Assembly (NCBI GenBank): GCA_000004985.1
Contig: GG738863.1
Strand: one strand, 5' to 3'
From: Naegleria gruberi
Lineage: Eukaryota
DNA: 64,000 bases
Below, piece by piece: positions 21,725-32,696 of this stretch; the stretch's first letter is position 1, and each line of letters starts with the position of its first letter. The notes beneath the pieces are model-generated. The model ran no database searches. It was not told the DNA's origin and worked only from the letters and a program-made list of their open reading frames with translations. Both the position numbers and the translations under genes were made by a program.

Positions 21725-21976
21725 ATCATTGTTATTAAAATATGAAATTTCAATCAAAAGAGATTCGGGACCTAGTAGCAAAAGGACCGTTTTTATCTCC
21801 ACCGAACAAATGATATTCAAGTAAATGAAATTAATATTTTAATAAATTGTTTTAGGTATTATTTGATCTGGGACGAAAGTGAACGAATTACATTATTTTT
21901 GTAATTTGAAATTTAAATACTATTCACAATTTAATAATAGTGAATGAACTTTCTCATTTCATTATAATTTGAATAT

Positions 21977-22689
21977 CTAGAATAATTGATTATCATTGGT
22001 TCTAGTCGCCATTTGTGAGAAATGTAATACACAATCAGAATTTGGTTTACCAAAAGGAATTCTTGATTCAATGTTTGTATCAATTACACCAGTTTCGTCC
22101 ACTTTCACTTGAATATCAAAGAAGAATCTTCTATTAGAAAGTGTCAAAATTAATGGAATAATTACAAATTCACCTTTCTTCAATTCCAAAAGCAAATCTC
22201 CTGCAATAGGATTGTGAAAAATCAATTCAAATCTTGTCAATTGATACAAAACTGGATGAGATTCATTAATTTCCAAATTATAGAAATTTGGAGTTGTAAA
22301 TTCAAATTTGTGAGTTTTTAATTCCAATTCCAAAATTGTTCCACTAATTCTTTGACATAATGTCACATGCTGTTGAAATCTAGTTTCGTCATACAATTGA
22401 TAGGATTGGAATTTTGATCGCAACAATAAATTTCTGCATTGTAATTTGATTTTTCCATTGGTGATGAAGAAAGGATGTACAGTTGGAAGAGTACTTGCAT
22501 TCGAAACAAGATCAGTTTCGGCTACCACATTCATGTTGGTAGATGCCACATGTTGAGATGTATTTTGAGCAATATTTTGTACATCTGCTGCAACAGTTTT
22601 GCTCACGCTTTCAGATTCATGTGGATTGGTTGAATTATTTGCACTTTGTTGTTGCTCTTGCTCATTATTCGAATGTTGTTGTTGTAACA
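21977..22689 (-). CDS. hypothetical Gln/Asn-rich protein
   Basis: The tool ORF starts at a TTG. The first ATG (MLQQQHSNNEQEQQQ) is at 22689. The ordered C-terminal half is ...FFITNGKIKLQCRNLLLRSKF...LILTLSNRRFFFDIQVKVDETGVID. No recognisable domain. Confidence 0.4.
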
Positions 22690-23174
22690 TGTTGCTTGAG
22701 GATGTGAATTCTTCGATTTGTGTTTGTTTTGGGATTAGTTGTTGTTGGCGTGGCAGATGATGAACCAGTCCCAACTAAAGAATACGAAACTATTAGCAAT
22801 GAAAGGGAGTCTTGAATTGATTGTTTTTTTGTGCTCAAATTTGGAAAGTGCAAGATGATGGCTAGACAGCTTTGCTTCTGTTAGCAGCAACGTAACCTTT
22901 CGAATAGTATTTTCAAGTAGGAATTTCCAAGCATGTAAGCTGTTGAAACATGTTGTATTCAATCGTTTTTTTATGTGGTTAGAAAAAGAAAGCAGTTCAA
23001 ACGTGACAATAACTCGTTTCTTTCATCACGTTTTCAATTCGAAACTAAATTCACAAATCTCTCATTGTAATCATTAAACACTATTAAATAATAGTTAAAT
23101 ACTCCAAATTTGGAAACACTCCAAAAATTGCAAATTCGAAAAACCCTTTTATGAAACTTTGAAAACAAAAAAAA

Positions 23175-25385
23175 ATGCTAGACTCCATCTACTCTCTCTT
23201 TACCTACGGAAAATCCCTTTTGATTCCCACCCCATCGGAACCAGGATCCACCAATAAGAATGAAAACAATCAACTAGAACAACAATATCCAATTGATAGA
23301 ATGTCCACCACAAGAAACTTTTCCGACTATCGTTTTGAATATTACTACAATTTAGATGATGATTCGCTCTTTTATAAACGCTCGGGATGGGCTGAATATT
23401 GTAATAACAAATTGGGACTTGTTTTTAGATATCCAACAGTGAATAATTTGTGTATTGAAGTGTTGCCTTTGGGTGATGGTGTAATTTCTGTACAACTCAG
23501 AGAGAAGGAATCAGAAACAACAACTAATGGGTGCTCCTCCTCCTCCTCCTGATGTCATGAGTGGAATGGTTGGTAAGTTGTTTATTATTATTTGAATTAA
23601 TTGGGGAGAATTAATGATGTGATTTGTGATTCATATGAAATAGCCACCATGTTTAATATTGAAGATGTTTCTAGTATTGTCCTTCAACAGAATAGTAATA
23701 CTTCATCTAATGATAATAATAATTCATCCTCTCGTTCCAATATTCTCAATCAGCATCATCAGAAAGAAGAAGAAGAAGAACAAGTGGTGGACATGACAAC
23801 ATTTGGACCAAAGGAGCACTTACTCAATTCATTGAAAAAGTTTGAAGAAAATAATTTTCCTTACAAGGTTTTACAACAACGAGCTGTTAAAATTAATTCA
23901 AGAAAGGCATATGAATGTAAATTGGAATTGGAAATGAAAAAGTCTATTCTCAGTAAGCATTTCAAACAATTTGAAAAGAGTGAAAGTGGTGATTCTGTTA
24001 AGGTTTTACTTTATTTGGTAGCTTTGAAATCTGATGAAACAAACAAATTCTTCACTCTTCAACACATGACTCCTAATCTTGATTTGGAAAACTTTGAAAA
24101 TGAAATTGAAAATAACATTTCACACATGGTGAGAAGTATTAAACTTGTGCAGACACAACAAGTTGGTGGATTCACTTTGGAAAGGAAAGATTTGGGAATC
24201 TCCATGAAGTTATTGGATGAAGCTTGGCAATGTTGGAAAGTTTCTGAATTAGAACATGATTTTACAGCTCCAACTAGGAAGAGTAAGGCAACAGATAGCT
24301 CAACCAAACTCAAAATGGAATCCTTAATTGAACTTCCAAACCATTTGAGGAATGAGAATGTATTGCTCTATCTAGTTTCACAACACTCAAAAGATCAGAT
24401 TGGAAAGGAGTTTGCTCTCATTGAATGTACCACAGCAGAACAACAAGAAACATTTGAACAAATTCTAGAACATAGAAAGGTTTCCTTGAAGAAATTCGAT
24501 AACTTTATTGAAATTTCAGAAAGAATCAACTTTGGCGATGAATTGGCATCGGAAGGAATTTTATTTGCCTATATTACTGAATTCGAGTCATCACCAGTTC
24601 ACTCCTCCAAGCTTCTCCCAACTGATCTTACTCAGTCATTCGAAAGATACAATGCCATAGAGTGCTACTTTACCAGAGACTCCAAGATTTACAAAATATT
24701 TTCCAGATCTCACTTTTCACAATCACTTTCTTCCTTCAGAGAAAGTATCATTTCACAATTCAAATGCCTCACATTCAAGCAACCTGAAACAACTACAGAT
24801 TTATTGGATAATACATTCATGACATTTAAGAGTGAAGAGCACAAGTTTGAGATTCAAGTCCCACTTTTGTATCAAGTTTCTGCTAAGGAATCTCTCGGAA
24901 ATACTCCAGTTTGCCAATTCTTCTCCAGATACTCCATGCTCAATGTCCTTCACATGTTTGAAACTCAAATCTACTTTGAATTAATTGGACACATTTCCAA
25001 GAATGAACACATACTCACAGATGCCACTCAAAGATTGGAAACTCTAAAACAATCTCTCCACTCTCAAATGGTTAGAAATCTTGGAAAGCCAATTCCTTTA
25101 CGATCAGAGAGCACCTTAGTTTTTAATGATATTGAGGCAAGGCATGTTGTCTTTTCCACACCAATTGGTTCTCCAATTCATCAAAAGAATTTAATTCATG
25201 CGCATACCAACTTTTTGTGGGTTTGCCCTTCACCTCAAGCAATACTCAGTCAGTCTAAATCACCTCAATCTGATACTGTATATGTTGTAACTATCAAGTC
25301 GAATGTAATGGAGTCATTCTTTACGGAATCTATTGAAAAACTGCTTCAACAGATTCATTCTACTTTCAAACTTGTCAAAGAATAG
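23175..25385 (+). CDS. hypothetical protein; either one gene with a 72-nt intron (23572-23643) or two adjacent genes (23175-23552 and 23649-25385)
   Basis: Read directly from the displayed sequence, the frame from ATG 23175 stays open through ...MGAPPPPPDVMSGMVG to a canonical GTAAGT donor at 23572. An acceptor ...AATAG at 23643 rejoins exactly in the frame of ORF 23601-25385 (ATMFNIEDVSS...). The supplied ORF track instead ends the first ORF at 23552. That 1-nt discrepancy near 23520 is unresolved. No known domain. Confidence 0.45.
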
Positions 25386-25645
25386 CTTTGAGATTTAACT
25401 CTCAAAGAGATGTGGATTAGTAAAAAGGCTCACTTTTACATTCTACAGTTTTTAACATGTCTCATTAGCTCCTAACCAAATTTACCAAAATAGAAAGTAA
25501 GGATCTTTCAGCATGTCCTGAACGCGTTCAAATGAGCCAAAATAGAATGTTTACAATGCCTCTTTGTTACCTTCAAAAAAACTATTTGATCTCATCGAGA
25601 GTGAGAGAATCATTCACACTAAAAAAAATCAACTCAACTCTTAAA

Positions 25646-26026
25646 ATGGCCTCTCAAGCAGATCTCGAAATTGTTGCCCAAGGTAACAAGAAATGGATGG
25701 AAGTCTTTGCCTCTGAAAAGATTTCACAAGGATTAGGTGATTGTTATCATCATGATGCTCAATTGACTCACTTTGGAACTTTTGGAGCTTTCCATGGCCC
25801 ACAACCAATTGCTGACTTTTTCCAAAACTTTTTACATGGTCAAGTTGGTGCTAGAAATCCAGTGTTGACTTCACACGTAGTTCAGAGAATTGATGAGAAT
25901 ACAATTTATGAATTGGGTAAAGTAAAGGCAAGTTTGGCTGCTGGTGGTGAAATTGAAGCTCCATACACTGTTGTTTGGACTAAAGGAAGCAATAATGAAT
26001 ATAAGATTAAATATGACACTTTCTAA
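25646..26026 (+). CDS. NTF2-like / SnoaL-like small protein
   Basis: The ATG at 25646 is in frame with tool ORF 25532-26026. The roughly 125-aa product MASQADLEIVAQGNKKWMEVFAS...CYHHDAQLTHFGTFGAFHGPQPIADFFQNFL...VVQRIDENTIYELGKV...YTVVWTKGSNNEYKIKYDTF has the cone-shaped alpha+beta NTF2/SnoaL pattern. Confidence 0.5.
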   Translation: MASQADLEIVAQGNKKWMEVFASEKISQGLGDCYHHDAQLTHFGTFGAFHGPQPIADFFQNFLHGQVGARNPVLTSHVVQRIDENTIYELGKVKASLAAGGEIEAPYTVVWTKGSNNEYKIKYDTF

Positions 26027-26325
26027 ATAAACAAGAATTATGAAATCTAACATGAGTGAAACCCTGTTCGGTTCTGTAACCAGTGACACTTTGTCGGTTC
26101 AGAAAATGGGTCAGCTGATACTTTTTATTTTTTGCATCATTATCGAGCTATTTGATTTGATCCTAAAAAGGAATTGCTTAGACAATACAAGAAACTTAGC
26201 TTTATTCGAAACAGTCTTGCTGAGTTCATAGAACACAAAGGGAGATCACGTTTAAGATCACGTTTCGAGGTTAGATTGATTAATTGGTAAACGTGATCCT
26301 ATACTTATTTTTATTAGAAATTAAA

Positions 26326-27621
26326 ATGAAAAAATTCCAAACTCAACTAATCTTACTTGTTGCAATACTGTGCCTAGTATCATCATGTCACTCTATTCAA
26401 CAAGAATTAGAAAGGAAAATATCAGCAGTTTCCTTTGAATATTCAACTCAAGATGGTTTCATCTTTAAACAACCAATTCAAACAAAACTCTATCAATCAG
26501 TTGACCCGTCCAATAATCCAATAGTTAGTGAAATTGATGGAGTATGCGACCCTCCAAACACATCCACTAATTCTCTTCTCCAACTCTTTACCTCACCATT
26601 CGCCTACTACTTTCGAATGAAAGATTATTCAACTTTCTTTGGGCCTGTTTTGTCTCATAAGGAAGTTTGTACTGTAAGGGTTAAAATGGGAATTTCTCAA
26701 TTACCTGCGAATATTGATAATGCAGAGTACGATTCCTCTTTCTTGGAAGGTTTGAGAGTAATTTCAGATTCGAATAGTGTTTCTAATTTTCAAAGTATTT
26801 TCGGTCCGTTTATTGCAACTAACATTCAATACGGAAATAGTGAATTGACCTCCTTTTACAAAAGTCTTCCTGTAGGAATTTACCAAACTCCAATACTGTC
26901 CAGTGAATCTCTAATCCCATTCAAACAAGTGAAAAATTCAAATGTTTGGTTTTCAAATGGAAATATTGTAAACTTTACAATTTCAACATTATCAAACTTT
27001 GTCAAAGTGAACAATTTAGCTCCCTCCAACGTTATCGCTTCCATTCAAAAGCTAGAAACCGATTCGTTCATTGATCCTTTACAAATTCAATCATTGTATC
27101 AATCATCCTATTCCACTAACTTTCCAATTTGTGAAAATTCAAGAATTTTCAATTTAATTGAAGCCAATTTGGATTCTGGATTCATGACCTATGTGATTAC
27201 TTATGCTTACCAGATGTATGGTGTCACTATTGGTCAAATAAGAAATGGTTTTGAATCTAAGGGAATATTTTCAAATGTCAAATTGACTTCAATTGCTGGA
27301 TTGTCACTTGACAGAAATCATATTACTGGCATTCCAATATTCAAAGTGAATAGAGCAGCAAGTTCTTCAATTAGAGAATCTTATTTGACCATGGATGAAA
27401 GTGAGGCTAAATCCATTTCATCTGATTACTCAATTCTTGGATATTGCTCATCTGTCAGTACTCATCCAGATATGATTCCACTATACAGATTCAATTTTGA
27501 TAGACATTATTACAGAACTAGCGAGAAGGGAGAGTCAGGTTGGATTATAGAAGGTTTAATGTGTTATGTGTATTCACATATAGTTTCAATTCCATCAGCT
27601 CAAATTTGTATTGTAAATTAA
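26326..27621 (+). CDS. secreted hypothetical protein (N-terminal signal peptide)
   Basis: The ATG at 26326 gives MKKFQTQLILLVAILCLVSSCHS, a hydrophobic signal sequence, followed by an Ser/Asn-rich 430-aa ORF. No family recognised. Confidence 0.5.
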   Translation: MKKFQTQLILLVAILCLVSSCHSIQQELERKISAVSFEYSTQDGFIFKQPIQTKLYQSVDPSNNPIVSEIDGVCDPPNTSTNSLLQLFTSPFAYYFRMKDYSTFFGPVLSHKEVCTVRVKMGISQLPANIDNAEYDSSFLEGLRVISDSNSVSNFQSIFGPFIATNIQYGNSELTSFYKSLPVGIYQTPILSSESLIPFKQVKNSNVWFSNGNIVNFTISTLSNFVKVNNLAPSNVIASIQKLETDSFIDPLQIQSLYQSSYSTNFPICENSRIFNLIEANLDSGFMTYVITYAYQMYGVTIGQIRNGFESKGIFSNVKLTSIAGLSLDRNHITGIPIFKVNRAASSSIRESYLTMDESEAKSISSDYSILGYCSSVSTHPDMIPLYRFNFDRHYYRTSEKGESGWIIEGLMCYVYSHIVSIPSAQICIVN

Positions 27622-27720
27622 AATCTTACTTCAGTAATTATCTCTGTAATTCAACAATTTCAACATTTCACAGATTTACAAAATGTTTTATGACATTGTT
27701 CACCATATGTTCCATTAAGA

Positions 27721-29244
27721 TCAATATCGTTTTTGCATCAATTTCAATGGTTCAAATATTTGAGCTGCCTCATTTTGATCAATATTATTCCCGTGAATAT
27801 CCAAATAATCTAATTCTTCCAAATGTACCAATGATTTGACTCCCTCAATACTAATCTTATTTTCGGACAGGTCAAGCTTTTTTAAAGGTTTCAATTTGTT
27901 GACAATAATCTCAACACCATCATTGGAAATTGCATTACATCCTATATAGAGATATGTAAGCTTTTTGAGATGTTGAATATCATTCAATCCATTATCGGAT
28001 ATTCTGTTGCTTGAAACGTTCAAAATGGTCAGTTGCCTCATGAAATTCGAAATTAGTTTTAATCCAGTGTCCTCGATATTGTTTAGTTCAATTTCTAGTA
28101 ATGTTAAACAGCTTAACGTACATAACTTATCTACGCCAATGCATCCAATAATATTGTTGGATAAACTCAGACTGGTCAATCCAGTTAGTTCAGAAAGTCC
28201 TTCTGTTTCATTCTGAATAAAGTTGACGTCCATGGAAAGGGATTTCAACTGCTGCATTTTACGGAGAATACCAACACTACCAGAATATCCCATGCCTCTT
28301 AGACCCAGCTCTGTCAAATTAGGCAAAGAACACAGACCAATAAGAGACTGCTGTGGAATAAGATGCCAATAATTACTTAAATCCAGGCTTGTTAATTGCT
28401 TCATGGTAGAAATAAGGAGAGGTGTGTTTTCCTCAAAGTCATCATTTTTTTGAAGACTGAGTGCTGTCAAGGATTCCATTGAAGTAATAAATTCAACACC
28501 ATCATTAGAAATTCCAATTCCATCCGCAATTAATTCATTCAAATTTTTCAAATTGCTAATAAATTTAGCTCCTGTGTCCGCTATGATATTTTGTGAAATA
28601 TTCAAAGTTATTAAATTTTGTAAAGAACTAATCGATTCAGCTCCAATAGATGTAACTCTATTACAAGGTATTGACAATTTCACAAGTTGATGCATTGAAC
28701 CAAGTAATACAGCTCCCTTATCACCAACACTTGCACCTGATAGATGTAAATTTTCCAAACTTGTCATTGTACTAATCACTTTTGCTCCATCCTCTCCCAG
28801 AAATGAATTATAAATCTTTAAAGTTTTCAATCGTTTCATCTCCTTACTGATAATGTGCAAATAATCACGTGAAAACAAACAATGAGCAAAATCCAACTCT
28901 ATCATGTTTTTCAAGTAAGAGAGTGGATAGTCAGGATCGAAAAAGTAATCAATATTCGAAACTCTTGAAACATAAAACAAATACATTTCCCTTCCAACAT
29001 TATTCCACTGTTTGCTAATGAGAAAACAATTTTGAACCACTGGTTGAAAAGTTAAATATTCCATGATTAAAAAACAAATATCATCAGCAAATACATTCAA
29101 TCTTCTTTCATTGCTTTTAAGAGTTTTCATTTTCTTCTCCTTTTTTTCCATACTACTTTCATCAAAAGGTTGCTTTGAATTTTCTTCTTCCGAAGCTTCA
29201 CCATCACTCGATTGCTTTCTTTTCATTTTTTTCTGGTTGATCAA
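27721..29244 (-). CDS. F-box / leucine-rich-repeat protein (RNI-type LRRs)
   Basis: 507-aa ORF. An acidic/basic N-terminus is followed by NVFADDICFLIMEYLTFQPVVQNCFLISKQWNNVG, which is F-box-like. More than 12 tandem repeats of about 24-28 aa with the pattern LxxLxLxxNxIxxxG fill the rest. Confidence 0.7.
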   Translation of the reverse strand: MINQKKMKRKQSSDGEASEEENSKQPFDESSMEKKEKKMKTLKSNERRLNVFADDICFLIMEYLTFQPVVQNCFLISKQWNNVGREMYLFYVSRVSNIDYFFDPDYPLSYLKNMIELDFAHCLFSRDYLHIISKEMKRLKTLKIYNSFLGEDGAKVISTMTSLENLHLSGASVGDKGAVLLGSMHQLVKLSIPCNRVTSIGAESISSLQNLITLNISQNIIADTGAKFISNLKNLNELIADGIGISNDGVEFITSMESLTALSLQKNDDFEENTPLLISTMKQLTSLDLSNYWHLIPQQSLIGLCSLPNLTELGLRGMGYSGSVGILRKMQQLKSLSMDVNFIQNETEGLSELTGLTSLSLSNNIIGCIGVDKLCTLSCLTLLEIELNNIEDTGLKLISNFMRQLTILNVSSNRISDNGLNDIQHLKKLTYLYIGCNAISNDGVEIIVNKLKPLKKLDLSENKISIEGVKSLVHLEELDYLDIHGNNIDQNEAAQIFEPLKLMQKRY

Positions 29245-29681
29245 AGCCTTAAAATTTGGCGGGAAAATAGTTCTTTCATTTTTGAGTGAATAAACAATTG
29301 ATTCAAAATCAGATTTTCATTACAAACTCTCTTGATGGTGTCATTATTTTGCCAAGAGACCATTTTGATGTACATCAATATTCGATTGACAGTCAAAACA
29401 TGAATTTATTGATGTTGAATTCACTTCAAAAATTGGCGCCTAACAAAATTTTTCAACTCAAAAAAAAAACTTAACAACACTCTCTGCATACATAGTTTCG
29501 CTTCAGAGTTTCATCCTTTTCCTCTGTATAAACAGTACTCTCAGATTCTGTTGATACCAATAATACGTGTATACTTCTCCGGTTGTGAGACTACAAATAG
29601 TAGAAGAGCAAGAGAAGAATTTTTACAAACTCTATTTAAATATATTAATATATATAATAACATAGCCACAACAGACCACAT
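29245..29681. promoter_or_regulatory. divergent promoter region between 27721-29244 (minus) and 29682-31156 (plus)
   Basis: Spacer between two start codons oriented away from each other. AT-rich with an A9 run at 29459-29469. Inference only. Confidence 0.25.
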
Positions 29682-31156
29682 ATGATAAATTTAACTCCTA
29701 GAAAGGCATCAAGAAACTCTGTTTCTTCCTTTCCATCTCCCGATAGTTTGCCACAACAACAAGAACAAATAGAAGCCATGGCAACACCACAAAGTATTAT
29801 TAATCCTCCTTCTTCAATTCATCAACAATCATCAGCCTTTGTTACACCTACTTCATCCTCCTTTAATAATGATATCAACAGAGAAGGCACAATGTATAGC
29901 CAATTTATGAACACGAATAACGCATCCAATTCACACCATCATCAATATTCCTTCAAACCATCAACAACCTCCTCCTATTTAAAGCCTTTCATGTCTTACT
30001 TTTTTGCTCATCGAAAGAATATTCACGATAATCCTTCCAACAAGAAGGGAGAATCCATATGGCCAGAGAGGATTGTTTACATCATTGGTTCCATCATCTT
30101 TTTCACACTCTCTTCAGTGATTCTTATTAATGTCCTCAACTTTATGTTTAGACAAAAGACTCTTCCAAAATCATCATCAGCAAAGGATGTGATATATTTT
30201 CTAATTGGAGAAGTTTGCACAACACTCCTTTTGGTAGTTATTCGTTTATTCTTTAACCTGGAGAATTCTGATTATGACCCTTCCATTACAAAACACCGAC
30301 ACAAGATTTCACAACATGGAGCTGAAGTAGGAGTTTTATTCGAATATTTCACTTTGGAAGAAAGAGAAATATTGTTCTACTTGTCCAATGTTTCAATCTA
30401 TCTTATTGGATATGCTACTAATTCATTGTGCTATGCAATTTTATTTGAATTAATTATTGTTCAAGCTGGCTCAAAATATGGATTTTTCAAAAAGGATTTG
30501 TTAGGCTTGTGTGTAGTATTGGCCAACATATTTTGCGTATTTTTGGGATGGTTTAATGTGAGAATGAATGATTCTTTGGAAGTTTTTCTCATTTCTTGTT
30601 CTGCTGATTCAGTACTTCCAGAGGAAAGTGTCTTTATCCTTCCAAAATTTTCCGTCTTGCACACATTATTCTCATTCATTTGAGGGCTGATGCAAAGAAA
30701 GATTCGTACATTGAAATGTTTCTTGTAATGTTTATTGGTATCCTTGGATCAATCATTGTATTCAGAACCTACAATGCCTATATCAGTGCTATGAGGAGAC
30801 CACCAAAATATATTAATCTTGGAAGACCAATCAGAAGATATCCACAATACCAACAATACCCTCAACAATCAAAAGGACAATTTTTCAATCCATCTCTTTC
30901 ACCTCAACAACAACAACAACAACAACCAGGATATTACCCTCAACAAGCTCAACCTTTTGGCACACCACAACAAAATCCTTACAACCCATATCAATCACAA
31001 TATTCACAAATGCAAACTCAACCAGCCTTTAATCCACAACAACAACAACAATTCATCTTTTCCACACCACAATCCGAACAGAAATTATTCTATCCTCCAC
31101 CACCATCAAACACTAGAATCAATTTTACTCCTCAAAGCATTCCACAAAGATATTGA
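29682..31156 (+). CDS. multi-pass membrane protein with a Gln/Pro/Tyr-rich C-terminal tail (two ORFs in different frames, probably one gene)
   Basis: ORF 29682-30683 has a low-complexity N-terminus and four hydrophobic helices (IVYIIGSIIFFTLSSVILINVL, IYFLIGEVCTTLLLVVIRLFF, ...). ORF 30680-31156 (its first ATG gives MFLVMFIGILGSIIVFRTY) adds one more helix and a QQQQQ/PYNPYQ tail. A weak 44-nt GTCTTG..AG intron (30645-30688) would join the two frames. A frameshift is the alternative. Confidence 0.45.
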
Positions 31157-31481
31157 AAATTTTATTGAATAAAGATTTCACACACAGACATACACACCAT
31201 TGTAAACATCATCTCTCAGATTCTTTTCGAGAAGGTTATTTCTCCCTCTTCGTAATCTTCACAAAACAGACAAAAACTTGTCCAAAGGAAATTAGAGGAG
31301 AATTGAACAGAAAAAAAAAAGCCATCACCCACTTTCCCGCCAAGATTTTTGAAACTCTTGTGCGTACATTAATTGCTGCTTTATATTCATCACATCATCA
31401 AATTGTTCATCTCTCACGAGTACATTTTAGTATCATCACTCTACATAAAACACAATCATCTTATCAATTTTAATAGAGAGA

Positions 31482-32591
31482 ATGAATTCGGAAGATTTTC
31501 TGATGGATTTCTTCTCCGATCAAACTTCATCAACACCCTCTGCTTCTATGCAATTTGACAATACAATGGAGATGATGAATAATGGAGAGGAGAACAACAA
31601 CAGCAGTTGTAGTACAAGGCTTGCAGAGGACTCTGATGATGATATTACCATGATGATGATTTCCACAAATTTGGATTCAGTTGAGCAATCCTGTAATGCA
31701 GGTGCTGCAGGTGAAGGGGCAATTGAAATGAATTCATGCTCTGCTGCACAATGTAACATGATGGAAAAAGTGGGCAGTTTAGCAGAGCAAGTAAATTCAC
31801 AGCTGTCACATTCGAATACAGCAGCAAAGGTAGTTCATGAAATTAGTCCTGTGCTATTGGAACAGTCGACAAGTGAAGGATTGAAAAGTGCTTATCGTGG
31901 ATATAGAAATGCAATTGTAACTGGTGTGAAAATTAGAATTCCATATATTTTACAATCAGTTATTTATGCTCTGATATTTCAAACACCTTCTGAGATTAAG
32001 AAAGTTAGATTTGTGATTAAGCAAATGTTTCATCACTCGAAGAATTTGGCCTCATTTGTTGCCATTTACAAATTGATAACATATATTTGCAGAAATTATT
32101 TGAATGTGCGGAATGGATTGGATGCTCTGCTGGCAGGTTTTGTTGGTGGAAGTATTGCATTTGGTGAGAGTAAGGGAATTTCTGGAGCTGTCAATAACCA
32201 GATAGTTCTATATTTATTTGCGAGAGGAATAGATGGTGGATTAAAAGCACTGGCCACCAAAGGATATATTCCTGAAATTATGGATATATCAACACCGAAT
32301 GGTTTTCGATTATTTGCAGGATTTTCTCTTGCTTTGGTACTGTATTTGACCGATCATCAACCTAGAGCTCTGAAATCTGGATTCATGTCCACTATGAAAT
32401 ATCTTTATCATGAAAGTAATGATGGAACAATGTCAGTTCCAATCAATTTTGCTCCTTTTGTGACGTTTATTACCATTTGTTTACTACTTGGATATTGGTT
32501 CCCTCAATTCAGATTGGAAAATGTGTTACAACGAGTGGATGATGCAATGACTTGGGAGAATATTAAGGAATTCATGAGCTCGTTTTTCTAA
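31482..32591 (+). CDS. Tim17/Tim22/PMP24 (PXMP4)-family membrane protein (tentative)
   Basis: 369-aa ORF. An acidic N-terminus is followed by GxxxG-rich amphipathic/hydrophobic helices (LAGFVGGSIAFGESKGISGA, ARGIDGGLKALATKG, FAGFSLALVLYL) as in the Tim17/OEP16/PMP24 superfamily. Confidence 0.5.
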   Translation: MNSEDFLMDFFSDQTSSTPSASMQFDNTMEMMNNGEENNNSSCSTRLAEDSDDDITMMMISTNLDSVEQSCNAGAAGEGAIEMNSCSAAQCNMMEKVGSLAEQVNSQLSHSNTAAKVVHEISPVLLEQSTSEGLKSAYRGYRNAIVTGVKIRIPYILQSVIYALIFQTPSEIKKVRFVIKQMFHHSKNLASFVAIYKLITYICRNYLNVRNGLDALLAGFVGGSIAFGESKGISGAVNNQIVLYLFARGIDGGLKALATKGYIPEIMDISTPNGFRLFAGFSLALVLYLTDHQPRALKSGFMSTMKYLYHESNDGTMSVPINFAPFVTFITICLLLGYWFPQFRLENVLQRVDDAMTWENIKEFMSSFF

Positions 32592-32696
32592 TGCCCCAAA
32601 ATCAGTAATAGCATCAATATTTTTCATCCTCTAAAACAGTATAATTTGTAAATAATATTTTGTAATTTATAAACAGTTAGATAATTTATTAGAGAA

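Noticed and set aside
23601-23648. annotated 'M' starts of several ORFs in the track (23601, 11976, 19663, 30680, 22774, 44693, 54047)
   Set aside because: These are TTG/GTG codons in the sequence. The real starts are downstream ATGs or upstream exons as described in the features.
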